A DNA stretch of 64,000 nucleotides, from NCBI GenBank assembly GCA_016180645.1, contig JACPAV010000024.1:1-64000 (forward strand), given 5' to 3'. The stretch is from Nitrospirota bacterium. GTDB lineage: Bacteria > JACPQY01. Shown here one piece after another: positions 20,115 to 31,087 of the stretch (position 1 is its first letter; each line of letters starts with the position of its first letter). Below the pieces are notes generated by a model. The model worked only from the letters and a program-made list of their open reading frames with translations. It was not told where the DNA came from and searched no databases. The position numbers and the translations under genes are program-made.

Positions 20115-20834
20115 CTACTTCGCGGGGGCCTTGAAGGTGAAGCTGATCTGCTTCGAATCCGCGGCGCCGACGGTAATCTTCTGGGTCTGGGTCCCCAGCT
20201 TTTCGTGCCATGCTTCGATCTCGTACGTGCCCGCCGGAAGATCGGGGAGCTGGAACTTTCCATCGGTTTCGGTCACGTCGAAATAGGGATGCGTCATCAC
20301 GGCGATGTAGGCCTGCATCCACGGATGGACGTCGCACTTCATCGGAAAAAGAGGCTCCGGCGTGTTGAACACCCGCGTGGCCTCTTTCCGGGTCTTGGGC
20401 ATGGCGACGTTGTACTCCGGGTTCTTCTTGGGGAGTCCGTGGACGTTATGGAGGATTCCGTCGGAATTCTTGATTTTAAGGTTTTGGCCCACCATCACTC
20501 CGACCACGTGGGGAATGTAGATGCAGCCCTGCTGGTTGATCGTAGCGGCATCCGCCGGGGCGGGGTACGGCTTCTCAGGGGCGCCGCTCTTCACGCTGAT
20601 GAAGATATTCGCCATCGCGTTGCCCGCTCCAAGGACGAGCGTGTCCGGCGATACCGGCGAGGTGTGCTTGGACGCGCAGTCGGGATCGGCGTCCATGGCT
20701 ATGGGCTTCAATTTCGGGGCCTGACCGCTGTAGGTGACCGTTCCACTGATGGTCCCCGCATAGGTGGAACCGGTGCCGGCAAGGAAAAGGGCAAGGGAAG
20801 CCGCCGGCAAACTGCGGAATCTTAGCGTTTTCAT
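20115..20834 (-). CDS. Secreted cupredoxin-like / carboxypeptidase-regulatory-like protein
   Basis: Signal peptide; HNVH...CDVHPWM. Confidence 0.8.
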   Translation of the reverse strand: MKTLRFRSLPAASLALFLAGTGSTYAGTISGTVTYSGQAPKLKPIAMDADPDCASKHTSPVSPDTLVLGAGNAMANIFISVKSGAPEKPYPAPADAATINQQGCIYIPHVVGVMVGQNLKIKNSDGILHNVHGLPKKNPEYNVAMPKTRKEATRVFNTPEPLFPMKCDVHPWMQAYIAVMTHPYFDVTETDGKFQLPDLPAGTYEIEAWHEKLGTQTQKITVGAADSKQISFTFKAPAK

Positions 20835-20899
20835 GTGAAGAACTTCCTTTCTCTATCGCTCACGGCTAGCTACAAAATGTCCTATCCCGTTGGGCGGGG

Positions 20900-20927
20900 A
20901 TGGTAGCACCCGCCGCCGCCATGTCAA
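20900..20927 (-). promoter_or_regulatory. Sigma70 promoter of cox operon
   Basis: TTGACA - 16 bp - TACCAT with extended TGn. Confidence 0.55.
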
Positions 20928-21087
20928 GTCATTTCCAGCGAATGAAAATGCGAACCCGTTGCGAGTGCTAAGGATGAGACGCATGCGTGGACCCGTCCGG
21001 GTGCTAAATGGGCCATCTCCGAGGGATATTGCTGACCGTCGTCAAGCATTTCCCGGAATTATGGCCGCTAAAGTCTCCATTACACCA

Positions 21088-21103
21088 CGGCACGACTCTT
21101 GCG
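21088..21103 (+). promoter_or_regulatory. Sigma54 -24/-12 promoter of nxr operon
   Basis: CGGCACGACTCTTGCG (GG-N10-GC). Confidence 0.6.
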
Positions 21104-21218
21104 AAAAGGACTGACCGGGATCAGGCAGAATGTGTGACGGCTGTTGGCATACGGGCGATATTGTGAGCCGAACCCCTCGCTAGGTGCCCGGGCAAAGCAG
21201 GTAAAGGAGTCATGGTGC

Positions 21219-24200
21219 ATGGATAAGTCCAAAAGAGAGTTCATCAAGATCGCGGGCATGGGATCGATCGCTGCCTGGGCGTCGTCGTGCACCTTCCGCT
21301 ATCTCAAGCCCATCGAGCAGATCCCGAACCCCCTCGCGCACTATCCGGATCGGGATTGGGAGCGGGTCTACCGCGCGCAATACGGTTACGACGATTCATT
21401 CGCGTGGGTCTGTTCACCCAACTGCACGCACGCCTGTCGGATGCGCGCGTTCACGCGGAACGGGGTTGTACTCTGGAGCGAGCAGAATTTCGACAGCCAT
21501 CGGGTGAAGGACCTTCTCGGGAATCAGGCCTCCGCCGAATGGAATCCGCGAGGCTGTTCAAATGGGTTCACGTTTCAGCGCCGTGTCTACGGCTCCTACC
21601 GATTGCGCCACCCCATCATCCGGAAAGGATGGAAGCGATGGGCGGACGACGGCTTCCCTGAACTCGACGCGGCGAACAAGGCGAAATATTTTTTCAGCGC
21701 GCGCGGCCAGGACGAATTCGAAAAGATTTCCTGGGAGAAAGTGTACGACTACATCGCGAAGGCGATGGTCAAGATCGCGACCACCTACAGCGGCGAGGAA
21801 GGCAAGAAGCGCCTTTTGGCTCAGGGCTATCCGGAAGAAATGCTGACGCATTGGGAGGGGGCGGGCACTCGCACGTTCAAGATGCGCGGCGGGATGGGAC
21901 TTCTCGGCGTGATCGGCAAGTACGGCATGTATCGGATGGCGAATCTGATGGCGGTGCTCGACGTTCATGTCCGGAAGGTGAACGAGAAAGATGCGAAAGG
22001 CGCGCGGGGGTGGTCGAACTACACCTGGCACGGCGATCAAGCACCGGGCTTCCCCTTTGTGCACGGCCTCCAGGCGTCGGACGTGGACTTCAACGAGCTG
22101 CGTCATACGCGTCTTCACATCCAGCTGGGCAAGAACATGATCGAGAACAAGCGAGCGGACAACCATTTTTTCACCGAAACCTTGGAGCGGGGAGGCAAGA
22201 TCGTCGTGATCACGCCGGAGTACAGCCCCGCGACCACGCGCGCCGACTACTGGATTCCCGTGCGGCCGCAATCGGACGCGGCGCTGTTCCTCGGCATTAC
22301 GAAAATACTGATCGACGAGAAGAAATACGACGAAGCGTTCGTGCGGAAGTTCACCGATTTCCCGGTGATCGTGCGAACCGACACGCTCCAGCGTTTGCGG
22401 GCCGGGGATGTCATCCCTGGCTACGCCCCGGGACTCTCGAAAGATGGCGCGAGTTTCAAACTCCACGGGCTGACGGCCGAGCAGTACGCGAAAATCGGCG
22501 ATTACGTGGTCTACGACGAGTATTCGAAATCTCTCAAGGCCCTCACTCGGGATGATGTGGGGGATGAGATCGCGAAGAAAGGGCTGAAACCGGCGTTGGA
22601 TTGGTCCGGTGAGGTCCACTTGACGGATGGCAAGAAAGTCCAGGCGGCCACGCTGCTGAATCTCTACAAGATCCATCTCAAGGACTACGACCTCGACTCC
22701 GTGGCCGAGATGACCGGCGCGCCCGCGACGTCCATCCGGCAGCTTGCCGAGGACATCGCCACGATCAAGCCCGCCGCCGTGCATCTGGGCGAGGGCATCA
22801 ACCACTGGTTTCACGCGACGGAGGTCAATCGGGCGGCGTACCTTCCGATGATTCTCACCGGGAACATCGGCGTGCCGGGCGGCGGATGCCACACTTGGGC
22901 CGGAAACTACAAAGCCGCCATCTTCCAAGGCTCCGAGTGGAGCGGTCCCGGCTTCAAGGGCTGGGTCGCGGAAGATCCGTTCCATCCGAATCTCGACCCA
23001 AACGCGGACGGGAAGGACATCCACGCCCATGCGTACACCTATGATGAGGAGCCCGCGTACTGGAACTACGGGGACCGTCCGCTCGCGGTGGACACGCCCA
23101 AGCAGGGTCGGAAAATATTCACCGGCAAGACTCACCTTCCGTCGCCCACGAAACTCCTCTGGTTCACCAACGTGAACCTTTTCAACAACGCCAAGTGGGC
23201 CTACGAGATGCTCAAGAACGTCAACCCGAATATCGAGCTCATCATTTCGCAGGACATTGAGATGACCTCCACGGTGGAGTATTCGGACATCGCGCTGCCG
23301 GCGCATTCCTGGATGGAATTCACCGTGCATGAAATCACGGCTTCCTGTTCGAACCCTTTCCTCCAGATCTGGAAGGGCGGGATGCCGCCGGTCTTCGACA
23401 CGAGAGACGACGTGGTGATCTACGCGGAGCTGTCGAAACGGCTCGGGGAGATCCTGAACGATGCGCGATTCCCCAACTATTGGAAGTTTGCGCTGGAGAA
23501 GCGAACCGATGTCTACATTCAGCGATTGCTGGACGCTTCCGCCACCACGCGCGGATACCAAGTATCGGACATCATGGCCGGGAAGTACGGCGAGCCGGGA
23601 GTGGCCCTTCTGCTTTTCCGGACCTATCCTCGCATCCCGTTCTGGGAGCAGATTCACGACTCGGTGCCGTTCTTCACGCCGACCGGGCGATTGCAGGCGT
23701 ACAACGATGAGCCTGAAGTGATTGAGTACGGTGAGAACTTCGTGGTCCATCGTGAAGGTCCGGAGGCCACGCCGTATCTGCCGAATGTGATCGTGTCGTC
23801 CAATCCGCACATCCGCCCGGACGACTACGGCATCCCGGTGGACCACATGGGCTGGCATGAGCGGCAGGTCCGGAACATCAAGCTGCCCTGGAGCAAGGTG
23901 AAGAACACGAAAAATCCCCTGTGGGAACAGGGATTCCACTTCTACTGCCTGACTCCCAAAACGCGCCACGCGACGCACTCCTCGTGGCAGGTCACCGACT
24001 GGCAGTTCATCTGGAACAATCAATTCGGCGATCCGTATCGGACGGACAAGCGCGCGCCAGGCGTTGGCGAGCACACGATCCACCTCAACCCCCAGGCCGC
24101 GCGGGATCTGGGCGTGGAAGACGGCGACTACGTGTACGTGGACGCCAATCCGGCCGATCGGCCGTACGTGGGCTGGAAGAAAGACGATCCGTTCTACAAA

Positions 24201-24638
24201 GTCTCGCGGCTCATGCTCCGGGTCAAATTCAATCCCGCGTATCCTTATCACATCGTCATGATGAAGCACGGGCCGTTCATCGCGACCGAAAGAAGCGTGA
24301 AGGCCCACGAGACGCGGCCGGATGGCCGGGCGCTGTCCGCGGGGACGGGCTACCAATCCAGTTTCCGTTACGGTTCGCAACAGTCCCTTACCCGCGGGTG
24401 GCTCATGCCGATGCACCAGCTCGACAGTCTGTTCCACAAGGCCAAGGTGCGGATGGGGTTCCTGTTCGGATTTGAGGCGGACAACCACGGTGTCAATACC
24501 ACACCGAAGGAGACACTGGTGAAGGTTACCAAGGCCGAGACGGGGAACTTCGCACCCGCGAAGTCCGGTCGGGCCCCCGCGCAGGAAGACCCCTTCATGC
24601 AGGCCTACCTGGCCGGGGATCTGATCAAGATCGCATGA
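21219..24638 (+). CDS. nxrA: Periplasmic nitrite oxidoreductase/nitrate reductase alpha subunit (anammox/Nitrospira clade)
   Basis: Tat-like SKREFIK; YPDRxWExVYR, RGGMGLLGVIGKYGMYR, WSNYTWHGDQAPG, FRYGSQQS, all recognised as typical of periplasmic NxrA. Confidence 0.93.
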   Translation: MDKSKREFIKIAGMGSIAAWASSCTFRYLKPIEQIPNPLAHYPDRDWERVYRAQYGYDDSFAWVCSPNCTHACRMRAFTRNGVVLWSEQNFDSHRVKDLLGNQASAEWNPRGCSNGFTFQRRVYGSYRLRHPIIRKGWKRWADDGFPELDAANKAKYFFSARGQDEFEKISWEKVYDYIAKAMVKIATTYSGEEGKKRLLAQGYPEEMLTHWEGAGTRTFKMRGGMGLLGVIGKYGMYRMANLMAVLDVHVRKVNEKDAKGARGWSNYTWHGDQAPGFPFVHGLQASDVDFNELRHTRLHIQLGKNMIENKRADNHFFTETLERGGKIVVITPEYSPATTRADYWIPVRPQSDAALFLGITKILIDEKKYDEAFVRKFTDFPVIVRTDTLQRLRAGDVIPGYAPGLSKDGASFKLHGLTAEQYAKIGDYVVYDEYSKSLKALTRDDVGDEIAKKGLKPALDWSGEVHLTDGKKVQAATLLNLYKIHLKDYDLDSVAEMTGAPATSIRQLAEDIATIKPAAVHLGEGINHWFHATEVNRAAYLPMILTGNIGVPGGGCHTWAGNYKAAIFQGSEWSGPGFKGWVAEDPFHPNLDPNADGKDIHAHAYTYDEEPAYWNYGDRPLAVDTPKQGRKIFTGKTHLPSPTKLLWFTNVNLFNNAKWAYEMLKNVNPNIELIISQDIEMTSTVEYSDIALPAHSWMEFTVHEITASCSNPFLQIWKGGMPPVFDTRDDVVIYAELSKRLGEILNDARFPNYWKFALEKRTDVYIQRLLDASATTRGYQVSDIMAGKYGEPGVALLLFRTYPRIPFWEQIHDSVPFFTPTGRLQAYNDEPEVIEYGENFVVHREGPEATPYLPNVIVSSNPHIRPDDYGIPVDHMGWHERQVRNIKLPWSKVKNTKNPLWEQGFHFYCLTPKTRHATHSSWQVTDWQFIWNNQFGDPYRTDKRAPGVGEHTIHLNPQAARDLGVEDGDYVYVDANPADRPYVGWKKDDPFYKVSRLMLRVKFNPAYPYHIVMMKHGPFIATERSVKAHETRPDGRALSAGTGYQSSFRYGSQQSLTRGWLMPMHQLDSLFHKAKVRMGFLFGFEADNHGVNTTPKETLVKVTKAETGNFAPAKSGRAPAQEDPFMQAYLAGDLIKIA

Positions 24639-24647
24639 GGTATCGCC

Positions 24648-24892
24648 ATGGCCTATGACGAGTTCGATGAAAGCGACCCCATGGAGTTCCAGGCGGTTTC
24701 CATTCCCGGCGACCCCGCCGTGATGGCTCGCGCCTTCATCGAGGAGTATGCGCTCGCGGGGATGGGGCCGGAGCGGATCCTGATGCTGTTCAAAACGCCT
24801 TTCTATCACGGGACGCACAGGCTCTACGGACAGCTCGGAGAGGGGTTTATCCGGAAGGAGATCCGGGCGGTTTTTAGAAGTGAGGTTTGCTC

Positions 24893-24896
<4 letters not shown>
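24648..24896 (+). CDS. Small hypothetical protein between nxrA and nxrB
   Basis: GAGGT RBS; ATGA overlap with nxrB. Confidence 0.75.
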
Positions 24897-26169
<1,273 letters not shown>

Positions 26170-26173
<4 letters not shown>

Positions 26174-26886
26174 AGCCGGGCGCGGGAATGGAGCCGATGC
26201 GGGAGCCGGAGGAGATTCTGAACCGAGTTCGGAATGGCATCACGGTTTGTCAACCTGCGCTGGTCTCAGGGTCTCCCGCGGAAAAGGCCCTCTGCCGCGC
26301 CTCCTTCTACCGTCTCCTCGCCGCCGGATACGCCTGCCCGAACGGTGATCCCCTGTTTCTGGAAGAAGCCATGGAAGCGGCACCGCTTGTTGGGTCGGTT
26401 GAGGTCGAGCGATTGACCGGCGAATTGGCGGACCTGCCCGCCGAAGCCGGGAACTCCCGGGTGGACGCCCACGCGAGACTCTTTGGGTTCGGAGGGGCGG
26501 GCGAGATCAGCCTCTATGAAACAGAACATGTCGGCCAGGAGATCTTCAGGAAATCGAGGGATTTGGCGGATATCACCGGCTTCTACCGCGCATTCGGAAT
26601 GGAGATCAATTCATCGGATCGGGAGCGGGTGGATCATCTTTCCGTGGAGGCCGAATTCCTATCGTGGTTGTGCGCCAAGCAGGCCGTCGCCCTTTTCGAT
26701 GGGATGATCGAGGAAGCGGGCGTGTGTCGTGAGGCGGAAGCCCGGTTCTTGAAAGATCATTTTCTTCGGTGGGTGCCGGGGCTGGCGGCGAGGATCGCCG
26801 GGAGGTCCGACGGCTTTTATCGAACCCTGAGCCTGCTCACGGTTGCGTTCTTGAGCGTTGTTTCAAAGGAGGAGGAGGCGTCGTGA
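26170..26886 (+). CDS. TorD/DmsD-family chaperone
   Basis: LYETE...DITGFYRAFG...DHLSVEAEF...HFLRW. Confidence 0.9.
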
Positions 26887-28337
26887 ATTCGGTTGTCGTT
26901 TGTGCTTTGTCCATTCTTGCCGCAACGGGCGGTTCGGAGAGAGCGGCCGCCGATCCGGGTGCCCTCGTGTATGCGGAACGGTGTGCGATCTGCCATGGTC
27001 AGAAAGGGCAGGGAGACGGGGCTGCCGCCCGTTTTCTATACCCGAAGCCGAGAGACTTCACGAAGGGGCTGTTCAAGTTCCGTTCGACGCCCGAGGGCTC
27101 GCTGCCGTCGGATGACGATCTTTTGCGCACCATTTCGAGCGGGCTCCCGGGGTCCGCCATGCCGTCGTTCACCGACCTATCGCAGGATCAGAAAATGTCC
27201 GCGATTCGAGTTGTGAAGTCCTTCTCGCCGAAGTTCTCATCGCAGACCCCCAAGCCGCCGATTGCGGTCGACTCCCCTCCGGCCGCTTCTCCAAAGCTCG
27301 TGGCTCAAGGCAAGCAGCTTTTCGCGGATCTGGACTGTGTGAAATGCCACGGCAAGGCCGGTCTGGGGGATGGTCCTTCGGCCGCGACTCTCAAAGACGA
27401 TTGGGGATTCGCGATTCGACCTCGCGATCTCACACGAGGGGTCTACAAAGGGGGAGGAAGGGACGAGGATCTTTTTCGGCGCATCATGGGCGGGATTCAG
27501 GGCACGCCCATGCCGTCGTTTGCGGATTCCATCGAGGGGGCGGATCGGTGGGCGGTTGCTGCGTATGTGAAATCGCTTGCCGGGGCGGTCGCCGCATCGG
27601 TCGACACCGTCTCTGAAATCCAGGCTGGGAAAGTATCCGGTGAGATCGCCAAGGACCCAAGCGACTCCAGGTGGGAGTCCATTCCCGCGGCGAACGTGCG
27701 CCTTATGCCACTCTGGGAGCGCGGCAAGTCGATCAGTACTGCGGCCGTTCGGGCCATGCACAACGGAAAAGAACTGGCGATTCAAGTGGAGTGGGAAGAT
27801 TCCGAAGTGGCGAGCAACTTTGTGTCTCCGGAGCAGTTTGTTGATGCCGCCGCGATCCAGTTCCCCGTTGGAGCCGGTCTGCCTTCGTTCACGATGGGTG
27901 AGGCCGGCAAACCGGTGAACGTGTGGTACTGGCGGGCGGACCGGGAGGTGAACGCGGCGCCGATCACCACAGTGTCGGCGCATCCCAACGTGGCCGAGGA
28001 CCAGAGGGTGAATCGTGATCCGGTCTACTACACCGGAGCGGCGGTCGGGAACCCGGTATCACTTCCTTCCACGGTGGAAGAATTGAATGCGGAGGGTTTT
28101 GGAACACTTACAACTCAGCCGAAAGCGCAACAGAGCGTCAAGGGTGGGGGGGCTTGGATCGAAGGGAGATGGGTGGTCGTCTTCACGCGAGCGCTCGGCA
28201 AGACGAGTGCGGCCGATGCGACGCTCAAGGCGGGCGGCCACACGCCGGTCGCGTTTGCTATCTGGGACGGCACTCAGCGCGACCGCAACGGCCAAAAGGC
28301 CGTCACGAACTGGCTGACCCTTCGCTTGGCGAAATAA
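26883..28337 (+). CDS. Diheme cytochrome c fused to EbdC/DOMON-type heme b domain (candidate NxrC)
   Basis: GTG start; CAICH, CVKCH, PRDF, MPSF; C-terminal DAAAIQFP...TMG...AFAIWDG...RNGQK. Confidence 0.85.
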   Translation: MNSVVVCALSILAATGGSERAAADPGALVYAERCAICHGQKGQGDGAAARFLYPKPRDFTKGLFKFRSTPEGSLPSDDDLLRTISSGLPGSAMPSFTDLSQDQKMSAIRVVKSFSPKFSSQTPKPPIAVDSPPAASPKLVAQGKQLFADLDCVKCHGKAGLGDGPSAATLKDDWGFAIRPRDLTRGVYKGGGRDEDLFRRIMGGIQGTPMPSFADSIEGADRWAVAAYVKSLAGAVAASVDTVSEIQAGKVSGEIAKDPSDSRWESIPAANVRLMPLWERGKSISTAAVRAMHNGKELAIQVEWEDSEVASNFVSPEQFVDAAAIQFPVGAGLPSFTMGEAGKPVNVWYWRADREVNAAPITTVSAHPNVAEDQRVNRDPVYYTGAAVGNPVSLPSTVEELNAEGFGTLTTQPKAQQSVKGGGAWIEGRWVVVFTRALGKTSAADATLKAGGHTPVAFAIWDGTQRDRNGQKAVTNWLTLRLAK

Positions 28338-28379
28338 TTCCGATTCGCATCAGGCTGTGCTTGACAACGCGCTGGACCC

Positions 28380-28453
28380 GTAGCCGCAGGCTTCAGCCTG
28401 CGTCCGAAGGCCCACCCGTCAACCCGCCGCGGCGGGTAAAGGGTGCGACTACC
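28380..28453. repeat. GTAG REP-like doublet downstream of nxr
   Basis: gtagccgcaggcttcagcctgcg...gggtgcgactacc. Confidence 0.75.
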
Positions 28454-28808
28454 AAGAGATGCGCCCCGGCAATGATGGGTTTTTAAACAGAGCCTAACCC
28501 GGTCTCCGGCCAACAGCTTGGACTGTGGTATAGTTCCCACGTTTGAAGCCGTCGCCTTCCGCCGTCCGCGGTGCGATGGGCGTCGATCCATGCGGGGGCA
28601 GGTCTCTTGGTCTATTCGATTCTGCTTGCACTCGTATTTCCGCAAGAATCTGGATCTGCTGGAAGCGGAACAGGGCCGGGGAAAAGATCGCATCTACGAA
28701 CGATTGTCACATGCAGCCGCGGTCGCTCCTGGGACGCACCCTTTCCCAAGGCCGAACCAACCGTCGCTTCCACTGCTTTACGCTCCGCGATTCGGAGAGT
28801 AGGATCAG

Positions 28809-29204
28809 ATGATGAGCAAGCCGATACGGGAGGTCACCATCCAGACCTTGGATGAGAAGGTGGCGCGTTTGCGGGCTGTCGTCGATTCCGGGTCCTTTTA
28901 CAGCATCATTCGCGAGGACAGGATTCCTCCTACCCAAACGATCGCCCGTCAAACCATGCCCACCCAACTGAGGGTCGCCCAAGGTGGACAGATCAGGGTC
29001 GTCGGGGAAGTGCCGCTGTTCATTACGCTTGAAGGCAGGATGATTCGCGATTCCGCGCTTGTGACCCCCGATCTGGTTCAAGACATGCTGGTGGGAGCGA
29101 AGACCATGCAGGCTTGGGACATCAGTGTTCTGAACGACAACGGGGAGACCACCGTTCGCGTCGGCCTCGACATGCGCGACCCCGACATCACCGAAGTCGA
29201 TTGA
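28809..29204 (+). CDS. Retropepsin-like aspartic protease
   Basis: AVVDSGS catalytic motif; MLVGAKTMQ. Confidence 0.75.
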   Translation: MMSKPIREVTIQTLDEKVARLRAVVDSGSFYSIIREDRIPPTQTIARQTMPTQLRVAQGGQIRVVGEVPLFITLEGRMIRDSALVTPDLVQDMLVGAKTMQAWDISVLNDNGETTVRVGLDMRDPDITEVD

Positions 29205-29299
29205 GCGTGTCCGTGTTCAGGATCCGGCATCCAGTCAGTTTGGATCTTTTCCGGTTTGTCATCACCCATGCCTGACCCTGGGCACTTGGGCACTCCTAA

Positions 29300-30184
29300 A
29301 TGAAACGCGAAGTAATCGTTGGAGCATTTCTGTTTTTGGTGGCAGGTGGATACATTTTGTCTAGCTCAACGCTTCCGACCCAATCAGCATGGAGCCTTGC
29401 CGGTCGAGGTCGATACAGTGGGAAGGCAACAACCGAGTTGGTGCGAATACTGGAAAACAAGGTACCACAAGAACGTGTCGATGGAGATTGGGTAGCGCAC
29501 GACCTATTTACAATCCACACCCCCGAGGCGGAAGCCGCTCTGAAGAAGATACTGGTCTCCGATAAGTTCAACGCGACGAACGGGTTCACTTACGCGCTTA
29601 ACGGGAAACTCAAGGACTGGGAGAAGGATGCGTTCATTAGTCAATACGTGCTGAGGTCCACCTCGACTGAGCTTGTGCTTAGCGCAATTGTAGAGGAGGA
29701 AACAACTGGAAACGGTCAGCAATTTGTTTTCGGCGTCACCCTGCACAACCAGTCGAAGAACCCTCTGAACTTGTACGGCGGACTGTCACTCGCCGTTCGG
29801 TCAAACATAGGACACTTCAGAAGGCATTTTCAATATATTTACTTTGAGCAGCTTTCAGCGCTCGACTCCGATCCAGCGAGTCACGAACTCGCGGTGAATG
29901 ACAAGAGGCGGTTTGAGGTTCATTGTGCCGCTCGTCGGGTCAGTGCGCCGAAGGGCGTCGCCCTGAGTGATTCGTTCTTCAACAGTCAGGGTCTATTCTT
30001 GTACGAGAACCCCGGCGTCCTCGCCCATTCCCTTGGACAGCCCGGAACATTCCAAGTCTACTTCATGTATGAACTGACTTGGAGGCTCTCGGAGTATTTC
30101 AGGTCAAGATTAGTCGGAAAGGAAATCTGGACCGGAAGAGTGGTATCGAAGCCCGTTGATATTGTGGTAAGGCCCGTGTTATGA
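29300..30184 (+). CDS. Hypothetical exported protein with lower GC than its flanks
   Basis: 294-aa ORF with N-terminal hydrophobic helix and visibly A/T-richer codons. Confidence 0.65.
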   Translation: MKREVIVGAFLFLVAGGYILSSSTLPTQSAWSLAGRGRYSGKATTELVRILENKVPQERVDGDWVAHDLFTIHTPEAEAALKKILVSDKFNATNGFTYALNGKLKDWEKDAFISQYVLRSTSTELVLSAIVEEETTGNGQQFVFGVTLHNQSKNPLNLYGGLSLAVRSNIGHFRRHFQYIYFEQLSALDSDPASHELAVNDKRRFEVHCAARRVSAPKGVALSDSFFNSQGLFLYENPGVLAHSLGQPGTFQVYFMYELTWRLSEYFRSRLVGKEIWTGRVVSKPVDIVVRPVL

Positions 30185-30364
30185 GCCGGACTCTTCGCAT
30201 GCCCGAGGTCAGGCCTGTGGCAGCGGGAAGGCGGTGGGGTCAGGCTTCACTTATTGACTTATCTACAGGGGATCGCTTCTAAGAATGGAAGCGTTTGCGC
30301 GGCAGTTTCCCCTGCATGGGTCATGAGGGTCAGGCATGGGGGTTGACGCTTTGGAGCGGAACGG

Positions 30365-30458
30365 TCACTCCTTCGCGGCCGGTTTGGTTCCGATCAGGTA
30401 GGAAACGGAGCCGCCAAGAACATCGATGCGACGGACGCGCGGGAAGCTGGCCTCGCGC
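30365..30458 (-). pseudogene. Diverged duplicate of the last 30 codons and stop of the methyltransferase gene
   Basis: 79/94 nt identical to 31088-31181 by manual alignment. Confidence 0.88.
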
Positions 30459-30502
30459 CGGTCCAGGTGCAAAACATGGCCTGATGCGGTACGACAGGTC
30501 AG

Positions 30503-30817
30503 ATGGAGCGCGACATACTGCGCCGGGCCTTGGATTCCGATTCGTACGAATGGCGCAAGCATGCCCTGCAAAGGATGGCACAAAGGTCGATTTCCCAACC
30601 GGAGGTCGTTTCCATATTGCGAGACGGCGAGATTATTGAGGAGTACCCCGAATCCAAGCCGTTCCCCTCAGCTCTTTTTCTCGGAAGGCCGGCGGGCCGG
30701 GGTTTACATGTTGTGGCGGCTCTGGATTCGGCGGCGCCTTGGGCGTATATTGTTACCGTGTACGAACCCGATATCGAGCACTTTGAGGCCGATTTGAGAA
30801 CCAGGCGAAAGAGATGA
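30503..30817 (+). CDS. DUF4258-family putative toxin
   Basis: HALQRMAQRSI...IIEEYP...LHVV...IVTVYEP. Confidence 0.85.
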   Translation: MERDILRRALDSDSYEWRKHALQRMAQRSISQPEVVSILRDGEIIEEYPESKPFPSALFLGRPAGRGLHVVAALDSAAPWAYIVTVYEPDIEHFEADLRTRRKR

Positions 30818-31050
30818 GGAAGATCCGTTCGCCGCGACCCTGCCCCTTGTGCGGGGGTGAAAAGGAATCGGGTCACACCACCTACACGGTCGACTATGGC
30901 GCCGGCGTGATTGTAGTTCGGGGAGTTCCTGCAACGATTTGCAGCCAGTGCGGGGAAGAGTGGATCGACGCCAAGACGGCTCGGCAACTGGAGCAATCGG
31001 TCTCGGAAGCCAAGAAAAAGAAGCCTCAGCTTGAGGTCATAGGCTTGTAA
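30814..31050 (+). CDS. YgiT/MqsA-type zinc-finger antitoxin
   Basis: CPLCGG...VPATICSQCGE; ATGA overlap with toxin. Confidence 0.88.
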   Translation: MRKIRSPRPCPLCGGEKESGHTTYTVDYGAGVIVVRGVPATICSQCGEEWIDAKTARQLEQSVSEAKKKKPQLEVIGL

Positions 31051-31087
31051 GGATCCCGCGATCGGCGGTCCTTCAGGCGGGAGATGG

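Noticed and set aside
21032-21045. FNR-like box CTGAC-N4-GTCAA upstream of nxrA
   Set aside because: Several mismatches to TTGAT-N4-ATCAA; could be chance.
21558-24818. Long alternative ORFs (e.g. 21558-24818 -, 2796-4847 +, 39150-41600 +, 131-1351 +, 54166-56307 -)
   Set aside because: Antisense or off-frame shadows of well-supported high-GC genes, with no motifs of their own.
28518-28855. Short ORFs upstream of the retropepsin gene
   Set aside because: Overlapping candidates without recognisable motifs; possibly a remnant but unsupported.
30181-30210. MSRTLRM resembling a RAYT transposase N-terminus
   Set aside because: Only seven codons and no HuH motif follows.
28490-31050. Integron cassette array
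   Set aside because: One GCCTAAC was seen, but no convincing paired attC structure and no integrase.
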